DNA of 63,564 bases, filler included, from Octopus bimaculoides (taxonomy: Eukaryota), in NCBI RefSeq assembly GCF_001194135.2. It is 10 parts of 9 records of this genome, joined end to end, with 100 filler letters (N's around TTAATTAATTAA, not from the genome) between each part and the next. Parts side by side here need not be neighbours in the genome. Positions count along the whole stretch, not along the records: positions 12,849 to 17,379 come from NC_069003.1; positions 17,480 to 19,456 come from NC_068982.1; positions 19,557 to 30,766 come from NC_069010.1; 7 more parts are not named here. One strand, 5' to 3'. Under the pieces are notes generated by a model, which saw only the letters and a list, made by a program, of their open reading frames with translations, was not told the origin of the DNA and searched no databases. The translations under genes were made by a program, and so were the position numbers. Positions 13,039 through 24,339 of the stretch are shown piece after piece; within the stretch, counting starts at the first letter, position 1; every line of letters starts with the position of its first letter.

Positions 13039-13490
13039 GTGGCGAGCTGGCAGAAACGTTAGCACGCCGGACGAAATGCTTAGCGGTATTTCGTCTGTCT
13101 TTACGTTCTGAGTTCAAATTCCGTCGAGGTCGACTTTGCCTTTCATCCTTTCGGGGTCGATAAATTAAATACCAGTTACACACTGAATCGATCTAATCAA
13201 CTTAAACTCTTTGTCTGTCTTTGTTTGTCCCCTCTATGTTTATTTAGCCCCTTGTGGGCAATAAAGAAATAAATATAATTGCTGGTGGAGTCGTTAGCAT
13301 GCTTGTCAAAAATACTTCGCAGTATTTCCTCCATGTTTACGTTCCGAGTTAAAATTCCGTCAAGGTCGATTTTTTTTGCCGTTCATCCTTTTGAAGGCAG
13401 TAAAAAAGAAAAGGGCTTAATAAATGCACAACATGATGTAATCGATTCACCCCCGTCCATCGAAATTTCTGGCCAAATGTTTTTTCATAA
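13039..13490 (+). mobile_element. Two tandem SINE family B copies
   Basis: Young copy at 13039-13275 followed by a diverged copy at about 13285-13490. Confidence 0.8.
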
Positions 13491-13494
13491 GGTT

Positions 13495-13645
13495 TGAATT
13501 AAAATCTTCCACCAAACCTTAGTCACAATTTATGTTCCTAACACTAGCTGAATGATAACTAAGTTATTTTACTAAATTCTTTGTTATATTTGAAATTAAT
13601 TGAAAGCAGAGTATCTCAACAGAAATATGGTAACAAAAGGGTTAA
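13495..13645. mobile_element. piggyBac-like non-autonomous element end
   Basis: Ends ...gtaacaaaaGGG|TTAA, a CCC-type terminus plus TTAA target. No partner end is visible. Confidence 0.35.
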
Positions 13646-14147
13646 AACAGTTATTTCTCAGAAGCACAAAACCGTGCCAGTCTTTACATGTTATTGTTGC
13701 TGTTATTGTTGTTGTTGTTATCAAGTGTGGGCGGAATACTGGGGTAGAAATATCAGTCAACTACCAACAGCTCCTTAAAATACAACGTGTGTGCGCGCGT
13801 GTGTGTGTGTGTGTGTGTGTGTGATCTAAAAATACAAAACAGAAAACACAAAGCCTATATTCAAACATACATACACACATGAATACATACACACTCACAC
13901 ACTTTCATACACATACATACGTTCATACATACGTACGTTCATACATACATACATACATACATACACGCATACCTAGGTACATACGTACATACGAACGTTC
14001 GCATGTATGTATGTATGTATGTATGCATGTATGTATGAATGAATGAATGAATGTGTTTGAATATCGGCTTTGCATTTTGTAATTGCTTTTGTATTTTTGG
14101 ATTAGATAAATATATGTGTGTGTATGTGTATATATATATATGTATGT

Positions 14148-14190
<43 letters not shown>

Positions 14191-15439
14191 NNNNNNNNNN
14201 NNNNNNNNNNNNNNNNNNNNNNNNNNNNNNNNNNNNNNNNNNNNNNNNNNNNNNNNNNNNNNNNNNNNNNNNNNNNNNNNNNNNNNNNNNNNNNNNNNNN
14301 NNNNNNNNNNNNNNNNNNNNNNNNNNNNNNNNNNNNNNNNNNNNNNNNNNNNNNNNNNNNNNNNNNNNNNNNNNNNNNNNNNNNNNNNNNNNNNNNNNNN
14401 NNNNNNNNNNNNNNNNNNNNNNNNNNNNNNNNNNNNNNNNNNNNNNNNNNNNNNNNNNNNNNNNNNNNNNNNNNNNNNNNNNNNNNNNNNNNNNNNNNNN
14501 NNNNNNNNNNNNNNNNNNNNNNNNNNNNNNNNNNNNNNNNNNNNNNNNNNNNNNNNNNNNNNNNNNNNNNNNNNNNNNNNNNNNNNNNNNNNNNNNNNNN
14601 NNNNNNNNNNNNNNNNNNNNNNNNNNNNNNNNNNNNNNNNNNNNNNNNNNNNNNNNNNNNNNNNNNNNNNNNNNNNNNNNNNNNNNNNNNNNNNNNNNNN
14701 NNNNNNNNNNNNNNNNNNNNNNNNNNNNNNNNNNNNNNNNNNNNNNNNNNNNNNNNNNNNNNNNNNNNNNNNNNNNNNNNNNNNNNNNNNNNNNNNNNNN
14801 NNNNNNNNNNNNNNNNNNNNNCTTCTCTTTTTTCTTTCTCAACTTCACCTCTTTCTACCTCTCTCTCTTCCTCTTTCTTTTTTTCTTTCTTTATCTCCCT
14901 CTCCCTCTCCCTCTCTCCCTCTCCCTCCCTTTCTTTCCTTCAATCTTTCTCGCTTTCTTTCTTCCGTTTAAATTCTTCCTTTCCTTCTTCCTCGCTATCT
15001 CCCATCTCAGTCTTACACGAAAACCCGAGACACTTTTTCCCCCCTCATTCCACTTTCTTAAGGAGAAGCTCTGTTATACTCCTTACTGACAGATCACACA
15101 CACCTCCGTGTGTGTGTCTGTGTGTGTGTATGTGAGTGCGTGCGTGTGTATTTGTGAAAGAGGCACAAAAGTACTATGCGTTGGTGTATGTATGTGTATT
15201 GTGTATGTGAATGTGTGTTGTGTGTGTGTGTGCCGGAAAATGAGAAACAGTAGTAAAACGTAACTTAGTGATTCGTTAAAACTTGCAACACACCGGAGTA
15301 ATTACTGGTACCTATAAAAGCAATTAAAACCCATTGAGGGCAGCAGTGCTTCCCAATGATTGTAGCCTTTTGCTTCAAACCAGTAGAAGAGTATATGGTG
15401 TATGTATGTGAGTGTGTGTTTGTGTATATATATATATAT

Positions 15440-15600
15440 ATCGTCTGTCTTTACATTCTGAGTTGAAATTCCACTGAGGTTGACTTTACCTTTCATCCTT
15501 TCGGGGTCGATAAATTAAGTATCAGTTGCGTACTGGGGTCGATTTAATCGACTGTCCCCCTCAACAGAAATTTCGGGCCTTGTGCCTAGAGTAGAAAAGT
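15440..15600 (+). mobile_element. SINE family B, 5'-truncated
   Basis: gagttgaaattcc...ctttcatcctttcggggtcgataa...gggccttgtgcctagagtagaaaag. Confidence 0.8.
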
Positions 15601-17039
15601 ATATATATATATACATACATATATATATATANNNNNNNNNNNNNNNNNNNNNNNNNNNNNNNNNNNNNNNNNNNNNNNNNNNNNNNNNNNNNNNNNNNNN
15701 NNNNNNNNNNNNNNNNNNNNNNNNNNNNNNNNNNNNNNNNNNNNNNNNNNNNNNNNNNNNNNNNNNNNNNNNNNNNNNNNNNNNNNNNNNNNNNNNNNNN
15801 NNNNNNNNNNNNNNNNNNNNNNNNNNNNNNNNNNNNNNNNNNNNNNNNNNNNNNNNNNNNNNNNNNNNNNNNNNNNNNNNNNNNNNNNNNNNNNNNNNNN
15901 NNNNNNNNNNNNNNNNNNNNNNNNNNNNNNNNNNNNNNNNNNNNNNNNNNNNNNNNNNNNNNNNNNNNNNNNNNNNNNNNNNNNNNNNNNNNNNNNNNNN
16001 NNNNNNNNNNNNNNNNNNNNNNNNNNNNNNNNNNNNNNNNNNNNNNNNNNNNNNNNNNNNNNNNNNNNNNNNNNNNNNNNNNNNNNNNNNNNNNNNNNNN
16101 NNNNNNNNNNNNNNNNNNNNNNNNNNNNNNNNNNNNNNNNNNNNNNNNNNNNNNNNNNNNNNNNNNNNNNNNNNNNNNNNNNNNNNNNNNNNNNNNNNNN
16201 NNNNNNNNNNNNNNNNNNNNNNNNNNNNNNNNNNNNNNNNNNNNNNNNNNNNNNNNNNNNNNNNNNNNNNNNNNNNNNNNNNNNNNNNNNNNNNNNNNNN
16301 NNNNNNNNNNNNNNNNNNNNNCAAAAAAAAAAAACAGAATGGTATGGAAGATGGAGTTGGAGTGGAAAAGGTGTGGGAGTAGGAGGAATTGCAAAAGATG
16401 GAAAGAGGTGGGGCGTGGCGAATAATTTCCGGAGTCTATATTCTTCCAGTCCTCACTAATAATCCATCTCACCCCTCACCTACATCTGTTCCCATTACTA
16501 TTCATCAGTGTTGCCAATTTAGAGTTTTTTGAGGTTAAAATCTTGCTCTCTTCTTAAAAATACGTTTAGCTCCGATTTGAATAATTTGGTTTTGTTCTGG
16601 CATTTCTACGTCCATTCCTGCAAGCCATAGAATATATATTGTTCGTATCGAGTCTGAACATGTTCAGTTACTGTGTAAGCAGAGTTAGGTTGGTGCCTGG
16701 CTTCTGTTCTCTTGGTGTGCGCAGCATTGTTGCTAAGATCCTAGTTTCACTTGGAACGTAACGTTTTCACTTTGTCCAGCTGTTTGACAGCCGGTATCGG
16801 AGCGTTTACGTCTCTGTAAATTAGTGGTTTGGCAAAAGAGACCATTAGAGTAAGTACCAGGCTTTAAAAAAAAAACATGTGCTGAAGTCGATTCATTTAA
16901 CTAACAGTTCCTCAAGGCGGTGCTCCAGCACGGCCACAGTCAAGGTCCCTAAAGAATAGGGTTAGGAGAGTGCTCAGTCAAGAATCTAACTAAAAGTTAA
17001 AGATTTCAAACAATAAACTGAGCCAAGGATATTCTTTTC

Positions 17040-17253
17040 TTTCCAACTCTAAGCACAAGGCCCGAAATTTTGGGGGAGCGGGCCAGTCGAGTAGATCGAC
17101 CCCAGTACGCAACTGGTACGTAATTTATCGACCCCGAAAGGATGAAAGGCAAAGTCGACCTCGGCGGAATTTGAACTCAGGACGTAACGGCAGACGAAAT
17201 ATCACTAAGCATTTCGTCCGGCGTGCTAACGTTTCTGCCAGTTCGCCGCCTTA
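17040..17253 (-). mobile_element. SINE family B, full length
   Basis: High similarity to the copies at 4195-4392 and 60862-61054. Confidence 0.9.
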
Positions 17254-17479
17254 TTGAACCAGGGATATTGACTGGGAGCCACAATAAGGGGAACGAGAGA
17301 TGGACAGAAAGATAGAGAGGTGCGTTGTGGATGGAAGGAGAATGAAGATATGAGTTTGCAAAGTGAAAGTATTTGATAANNNNNNNNNNNNNNNNNNNNN
17401 NNNNNNNNNNNNNNNNNNNNNNNTTAATTAATTAANNNNNNNNNNNNNNNNNNNNNNNNNNNNNNNNNNNNNNNNNNNN

Positions 17480-17516
<37 letters not shown>

Positions 17517-17529
17517 TTTTTTCTTTGGT

Positions 17530-17890
17530 TAGTTTTTGTCATTAATTCTTCAGGCGGATGTTTCGGACAGTGTTGATGGTGACGTCATCTGTACAGCAGA
17601 TACCGATCTTTTAAGTCCAAACTCAAACGTGATATCACTTAGCACACGCAACTTCTTTAATAAGGGCTCATAAATTAAAGCGTACAAGCGTGTCAAGAGA
17701 AGATAACCTTGACGAGCCGAACACGTGATGTCTAAGTCTTGAATACGTGACCATTTACTCTGACAGTTGAGCAGATACAGCTGTATAGTGCAGTGACCCC
17801 GGTTTTGAAAACGGGACCAATGCACTAAAAACAGCCATTGGGTTAATTCTAACGATTTCAATTGATCTAAATGTGTGTTTGTGGCCATCA
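17530..17890 (-). pseudogene. Tx1/L1-clade non-LTR reverse transcriptase fragment
   Basis: SARQGYLLLTRLYALIYEPLLKKL resembles the SVRQGCPLSPLLY.L..EPLL.KL motif. A frameshifted TDDVTI corresponds to YADDVT. LDQLKS lies upstream, cf. LDQxKAFD. Confidence 0.7.
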
Positions 17891-18089
17891 CTGCTTTGCA
17901 ACCGGTGCTGGTGTGTTTACGTACCCCGTAACTTAGCGGCTCGGCAAAAAGAAAACGATAAAATAATTATCAGGTTTAAAAAATAAGTACTAGGGTTGAT
18001 TTGTCTGACTAAAAGTCTCCAAAGCGGTGCCCCAGCATGGCCGCAGTCCAATGACTGAAACAAAAGGTAAAGTGTTCCGAAGGGCCGAC

Positions 18090-18830
18090 ATCTCATCTCT
18101 TAGATTTAAATGACTCAGATGGCTGGAGCATGTTACACGAACGGATGACTCCAGAATGCCCAAACAAGGGTTGTGTGGAGAACTTGCGGATAGAAAGAGC
18201 ATAGGGCATACAAAGCTACGCTTTAAGGGTCGATGTGAAACTATTCTGAAAGAGGTCTCCATTTGTGAAGGATAAAAGAGAAGAGTCATGAAAAGAACGC
18301 AACAAGTGGAGATCAACGAAGGTGGGCACCGTTAATCGAAAAGTTAACTTCGTTAACCGTTAATTCGTTAATTATTTCCTAATGTAACGTAAGTTATCGA
18401 TAAACCGTTTCATTCTAGAAAAAAACAAAAAAATCGGTTTTTGCTCTAAAACCACCTAAAAACATCTTTAAAAAATGTCAAAACTATAAAATCCGTTAAC
18501 TTCAATTGAATTGAAGTTAGCGGAAGTTAACTCAAGTTGATTTGAGATAACGGAAGTTAAATGTAACGGAAGTCTGATAATGATCCCCAAAGTTAACTTT
18601 AAAGTTAAATCGTTAACGAAGAATTAACGGATTGACGGATTGATGCTCAGGTTTGGAGATCAGCTGTGCTCAGAGGAGCTAGATATCTGCGTTCAACACA
18701 TTGAGCAAGCAAGACAAAGATATAAGTCCGCAACAGTGCTGGACACGTCTGCCTCAACTTTGCTCTATTGCAGATATCGTCAAAAACCATGTCGCGAGCA
18801 CATAGAGGCCTTACCAGCCAAGCAAGCTGT
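18090..18830 (+). pseudogene. RTE-clade LINE 3' ORF fragment split by an insertion
   Basis: LRWLEHVTRTDDSRMPKQGLCGELADRKSIGHTKLRFK is an RTE/BovB-type C-terminus. It continues after the insertion as WRSAVLRG...CRYRQKPCREHI(GLTS). Confidence 0.7.
18316..18653. mobile_element. MITE-like insertion rich in GTTAAC palindromes
   Basis: Flanked by the 9-bp direct repeat TGGAGATCA (18307-18315, 18654-18662). Degenerate subterminal inverted repeats (gggcaccgttaatcg...gttaac). Confidence 0.65.
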
Positions 18831-19555
18831 TGTTTGGGAAGAAGTTAAGTAAAGAAGTCAGACATAAGAAACGAAGAAGTTATCGTAATTTATGCAATAC
18901 CGCCAACCAATGACGAAGAAGGCCGAACACAGGAGAATTTGCGTTACTGGCGCCGAACTTCCTTTGAATTAATATACTCTGCGACCTTCTGTTTCTGCAA
19001 AGGCAAGCTTTAAACTTTTTACCTCAGGTCAACTCTGACCGAGAAATCCTTTCTAGCCTTGACCTTCTCATATTTTTAAAGGTTTGTAGGACAAACTTTA
19101 TCTAACGTATTCTTCCTTTATTTAAGACGGCAGATATGATTTGAAGTGTGGCTGCTATTTCTAGTAAATTCATAAACCATGCGGTGACTCCCTTGTCTCA
19201 GCTTCATCTTAAACTAATGACTCTCAAGTATTTTCTACTGCTGGTCTCTTACACTAAAAATAAACGTAACATCCACCGCTAATTATTCATAATAGTCCCT
19301 CGTTAATTAATGTTTAACCGTTTATCTTTCCCCCCTAGTGTGGTCCCTGTTGGTTTTTCCAGGCCGAGGAAGATGCAATCAGCTCTCTCCAACCGGGTAC
19401 CTGTGTAAACAGCTTGTTAGTTAACCGTACAAATCTCTCTCTCTCTCTCTCTCTCTNNNNNNNNNNNNNNNNNNNNNNNNNNNNNNNNNNNNNNNNNNNN
19501 TTAATTAATTAANNNNNNNNNNNNNNNNNNNNNNNNNNNNNNNNNNNNNNNNNNN

Positions 19556-21050
19556 NATGTTTGTGTAGGTGTGTGTGTGTGGTTGTAATAATCATTATTA
19601 ACAAAACAGATAAAATATGGATGGTAAATCAAATTAATACACTTGTCAATGTTATCCAGTGGTTGTCTTTGGAGATGTGACATCGGTCATTGTTTGTTAC
19701 TGAAAAAAACGCTGGTTAGTTTATGGGTAGTTACTGAAAGAACACTGGGTAAAAATTTCTTTATATAAATAAATTAGGGACATGTATAAACTGTTAAATT
19801 AAGATGTGTTTTCATAATATACCTTTCAACTGCAGTCGTTTTATATTCTTGATACACTCAGGCAATAATTATTTTCTCTAATGAGTTTGTATGTTTGTGT
19901 AGGTGTGTGTGTGTGGTTGTAATAATCATTATTAACAAAACAGATAAAATATGGATGGTAAATCAAATTAATACACTTGTCAATGTTATCCAGTGGTTGT
20001 CTTTGGAGATGTGACATCGGTCATTGTTTGTTACTGAAAAAAACGCTGGTTAGTTTATGGGTAGTTACTGAAAGAACACTGGGTAAAAATTTCTTTATAT
20101 AAATAAATTAGGGACATGTATAAACTGTTAAATTAAGATGTGTTTTCATAATATACCTTTCAACTGCAGTCGTTTTATATTCTTGATACACTCAGGTAAT
20201 AATTATTTTCTCTAATGAGTTTGTATATGTTTGTGTAGGTGTGTGTGTGTGTGATTGTAATAATTATTATTAACAAAACAGATAGAATATGGGTGGTAAA
20301 TCAAATTAATACACTTGTCAATNNNNNNNNNNNNNNNNNNNNNNNNNNNNNNNNNNNNNNNNNNNNNNNNNNNNNNNNNNNNNNNNNNNNNNNNNNNNNN
20401 NNNNNNNNNNNNNNNNNNNNNNNNNNNNNNNNNNNNNNNNNNNNNNNNNNNNNNNNNNNNNNNNNNNNNNNNNNNNNNNNNNNNNNNNNNNNNNNNNNNN
20501 NNNNNNNNNNNNNNNNNNNNNNNNNNNNNNNNNNNNNNNNNNNNNNNNNNNNNNNNNNNNNNNNNNNNNNNNNNNNNNNNNNNNNNNNNNNNNNNNNNNN
20601 NNNNNNNNNNATAAAATATGGATGGTAAATCAAATTAATACACTTGTCAATGTTATCCAGTGGTTGTCTTTGGAGATGTGACATCGGTCATTGTTTGTTA
20701 CTGAAAAAAACGCTGGTTAGTTTATGGGTAGTTACTGAAAGAACACTGGGTAAAAATTTCTTTATATAAATAAATTAGGGACATGTATAAACTGTTAAAT
20801 TAAGATGTGTTTTCATAATATACCTTTCAACTGCAGTCGTTTTATATTCTTGATACACTCAGGTAATAATTATTTTCTCTAATGAGTTTGTATATGTTTG
20901 TGTAGGTGTGTGTGTGTGTGATTGTAATAATTATTATTAACAAAACAGATAGAATATGGGTGGTAAATCAAATTAATACACTTGTCAATATTATCTAGTG
21001 ATTGTTATCTTTTGAGATGTGACATTGATCATTGTTTGTTACTAGAAGAA
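19556..21050. repeat. About 334-bp tandem repeat (copy number probably inflated by an assembly overlap)
   Basis: The unit restarts at about 19557, 19891 and 20227. 19944-20322 appears identical to 20611-20989 across a gap. Confidence 0.85.
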
Positions 21051-21492
21051 TGCTAGCTCACACATACAAACATTCACATACTTCCCTTGTACACACACAC
21101 ACGTACATATACTAACACAGAGTTGAAATGATGTTTGATTTTTCTTTTCAGTGTTCAATGTTCATCATCCCACGTCCTGTGTCCTTATGTTTACAAGGGG
21201 GGAGACAAGCACCTCCACCCAGCTAAGCCTGCATCCAGAGACATGTTTCTGAGTCTTTGCTCGTTGTCAGTCTGGAGTAGCATGACTTGCTAGTCGAAGA
21301 TATGCCTGTCAAGCTCTTGTAAACATATAATAATTCTAGGAGTTTCTACCTATGCCTTTTCAATAGATCAAGCAAGGCCAACTATCTGAAGGAATTTGTG
21401 ATTTGTCTACACACACACACACACACATAAACACACATATATATATATATAAACACACACACACACACATACACAAGCATATTCTACCTTAC

Positions 21493-21806
21493 CTTGAGTC
21501 TTTTAATAGGGGTCTGTTTAAAACCCTTCAATTTCTCCTTGAGATCATCCATATATTGGTACATACTGCTCTGGCCCTTCACAATAGGGGTCTGCTGCTG
21601 CTTCTGTTGTTCTTGGTAGTTCTTGGATTGGCCCATCGCTGATACCTGGCCAATGCCATTACCACCATCACCACCATTGCCCTGCATTCGCCTTGGATTT
21701 CTTGTGACCCCTGACCTCTGTGGCTGCTTCACCCCAACTTTACAACATTGATGGCTACACTCCCTCTTGTTGAGACACCTGTGTAGGCATTTTGTGTTGT
21801 CTTTAC
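21493..21806 (-). CDS. HFM1: HFM1-like exon with Cys/His zinc-finger motif
   Basis: 314 nt. Branch-like ctaat, acceptor cccttatttcAG, donor AAG|GTAAGG, phase 1-0. Encodes KCLHRCLNKRECSHQCCKVGV...YMDDLKEKLKGFKQTPIKRLK, cf. human ECNHLCKSKHTCGHDCCKIGV...YLSDLRNRNAVSSVPPVKRLK. Confidence 0.9.
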
Positions 21807-21923
21807 CTGAAATAAGGGACCACATGTTTATTAGCAAATCAATTAGTTGGGATGAGAAAAGCATGGAGTTGGAGAAATGATGATTTTATGATGATGATTA
21901 TGATAATGGTGGTGATGATGGTG

Positions 21924-22510
21924 TGGAGGTGCAATGGCCCAGTGGTTAAGGGCAGCGGACTCGCGGTCATAGGATCGCGGTTTCGATTCCCAGACCGGGC
22001 GTTGTGAGTGTTTATTGTGCGAAAACACCTAAAAAGCCCCACGAGGGTCCGGCAGGGGATGGTGGCGAACCCTGCTGTACTCTTCCGCCACAACTTTCTC
22101 TCACTCTTTCTTCCTGTTTCTGTTGTGCCTGTAATTCAAAGGGGTCAGCCTTGTCACACTCTGTGTCACGCTGAATATCCCCCAAGAACTACGTTAAGGG
22201 TACACGTGTCTGTGGANNNNNNNNNNAAAAGCCCCACGAGGGTCCGGCAGGGGATGGTGGCGAACCCTGCTGTACTCTTCCGCCACAACTTTCTCTCACT
22301 CTTTCTTCCTGTTTCTGTTGTGCCTGTAATTCAAAGGGGTCAGCCTTGTCACACTCTGTGTCACGCTGAATATCCCCCAAGAACTACGTTAAGGGTACAC
22401 GTGTCTGTGGAGTGCTCAGCCACTTGCATGTTAATTACACGAGCAGGCTGTTCCGTTGATCGGATCAACTGGAACCCTTGACGTCGTAAGCGACGGAGTG
22501 CCAACAACAA
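21924..22510 (+). mobile_element. SINE family C (tRNA head) inside an HFM1 intron, with internal duplication at a 10-N gap
   Basis: A-box TGGCCCAGTGG, B-box GTTTCGATTCC. About 22032-22216 is repeated at about 22227-22410. Confidence 0.88.
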
Positions 22511-22703
22511 TGGTGATGATGATAGTGGTGGCGGTGGTGGATGCAGTGGTGTAGTAATAATGATCATTGGATGATGATAATAGTGAAGATGATGGTAATG
22601 ATGATGATGGTAATGATGATGGTGGTGGTGGTGATGATGGTTGAATGATGATGATGATGATTAAGGTAATGACAATTCAAAGCATCAATACAATGGCCCT
22701 TAC

Positions 22704-22782
22704 TTGGTGCTTGTCTGGGTCTGGTGTCAGGTTGGTGACGCACCTTGCTGGGTAAGGAGGAAGCAGGGAGGCTCAGTGCCTT
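22704..22782 (-). CDS. HFM1: HFM1-like exon (low-complexity linker)
   Basis: 79 nt. Acceptor ttttgtttttacacAG, donor A|GTAAGG, phase 0-1, which exactly bridges the two flanking exons. Encodes KALSLPASSLPSKVRHQPDTRPRQAP(S). Supported by splice sites and phase, not by sequence conservation. Confidence 0.7.
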
Positions 22783-22819
22783 CTGTGTAAAAACAAAATG
22801 GTAAAACTAGGACAGTATA

Positions 22820-23355
22820 GTAGCAAAATGGAACATTCCAGAAACAGATCATATTGATCCAGTACTTGTAACATCCAGTTATACCCTATAGTAATTAATG
22901 GAACATTCCAAAATCAAACCACATTGAACAGGTGTCTGTAACAACCAGTTATACCTTCCAATAAATAATGGAACATTCCAGAATCAGACCACATTGAACT
23001 GGTGCCTGTAACAAGTTGTACCTACCAAATAGTAATGGAACATTCCAGAATTAGACCATATTGATCTGGTGTCTGTAAGAACCAGTAATACCTTACAATA
23101 AGAAATGGAACATTCCAGAATTAGACCATGTTGATCTGGTGTCTGTAAGAACCAGTAATACCTTACAATAAGAAATGGAACATTCTAGAATTAGACCATA
23201 TTGATCTGGTGTCTGTAAGAACCAGTAATACCTTACAATAAGAAATGGAACATTCCAGAATTAGACCATATTGATCTGGTGTCTGTAAGAACCAGTAATA
23301 CCTTACAATAAGAAATGGAACATTCCAGGATCAGACCTCATTGAACAGGTGTCCT
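22820..23355. repeat. 70-bp intronic minisatellite, about 8 units
   Basis: atggaacattccagaattagaccatattgatctggtgtctgtaagaaccagtaataccttacaataagaa. The GAA of the motif falls at 22831, 22901, 22971, 23038, 23108, 23178, 23248 and 23318. Confidence 0.95.
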
Positions 23356-23635
23356 TAAGCTTCCAAATTCTTCTTTTCCAGATTATCTGCCTTTTGGCAG
23401 CATTCTAGCCTCGAGTCTTAAGTCACTAATGACTAGTCTATCCTGGGGTGTACATTCTTTATCAGGGAGGGCCTTTATATTTAGGAGCAACTGTATAGTG
23501 AGAATGTAATCGATCTGGCTAGTATAGTCTCACCTGATTGGTAGATTATCAGATGGCTGGCTGGCTTCCTAAAGTTGGTGTTGCAGATCAATAGGTTATT
23601 TGCATCACAGAACTTCATTCCCTCTTCGTTTCAAT
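23355..23635 (-). pseudogene. RTE-type apurinic endonuclease fragment
   Basis: RNEEGMKFCDANNLLICNTNFRKPASHLIIYQSG...LPDKECTPQDRLVISDL...IWKLKD matches the APE C-terminus of RTE LINEs. Confidence 0.7.
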
Positions 23636-23674
23636 TGACAATGTCCATGCTGGAGCATGAAGACAGGCACAAAT

Positions 23675-23891
23675 CTCTTTTACTCTTTTACTCTTTTACT
23701 TGTTTCAGTCATTTGACTGCGGCCATGCTGGAGCACCGCCTTTAGTCGAGCAAATTGACCCCAGGACTTATTCTTTGGAAGCCTAGTACTTATTCTATCG
23801 ATCTCTTTTGCCGAACCACTAAGTGACAGGGACATAAACACACCAGCATCGGTTGTCAAGCGATATTGGGGGGACAAACACATACACACAA

Positions 23892-23950
<59 letters not shown>

Positions 23951-24118
23951 TATATACGACAGGCTTCTTTCAGTTTCCGTCTACCAAATCCACTCACAAG
24001 GCTTTGGTCGGCCCGAGGCTATAGTCGAAGACACCTGCCCAAGGTGCCACGCAGTGGGAATGAACCCGGAACCATGTGGTTGGTAAGCAAGCTACTTACC
24101 ACACAGCCACTCCTGTGC
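23675..24118 (-). mobile_element. SINE family A, full length
   Basis: Reverse complement of the 11414-11818 type, with internal (TA/CA)n. Confidence 0.9.
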
Positions 24119-24187
24119 CTAATGTTTATATTTCTACTTTGAAATTAACAAACTCAATCCACTGAAATTACAGAAAAAGTGACTAAC

Positions 24188-24249
24188 CTCTGGTTGGCAG
24201 GAATAATCATGATTAATTGGTGTAAAAGATGTAGACACGTCAACACCAA
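24188..24249 (-). CDS. HFM1: HFM1-like exon
   Basis: 62 nt. Strong acceptor ttgttgtttttgtttcAG, donor GAG|GTTAGT, phase 1-0. Completes the WVGVDV motif (human FVGLDI) and encodes GVDVSTSFTPINHDYSCQPE. Confidence 0.82.
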
Positions 24250-24339
24250 CTGAAACAAAAACAACAATAGCAAGTTGAATTATTATTTTTTAATATTTTG
24301 GTGAATTAGAAAATACAAGAAGTGGTTGTCGTTGTTGTT

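Noticed and set aside
19338-19403. Possible next HFM1 exon (VPGWRELIASSSAWKNQQGPH*)
   Set aside because: The acceptor is plausible and in phase, but there is no similarity to the expected C-terminus. Too weak to call.
21924-21995. tRNA-like sequences here and at 39224, 41325 and 62658
   Set aside because: They have A/B boxes but run straight into SINE bodies and lack a proper cloverleaf acceptor stem, so they are SINE heads, not tRNA genes.
22032-22410. Apparent 185-bp tandem duplication within a SINE
   Set aside because: The identical copies are separated only by a 10-N gap, typical of an unmerged contig overlap.
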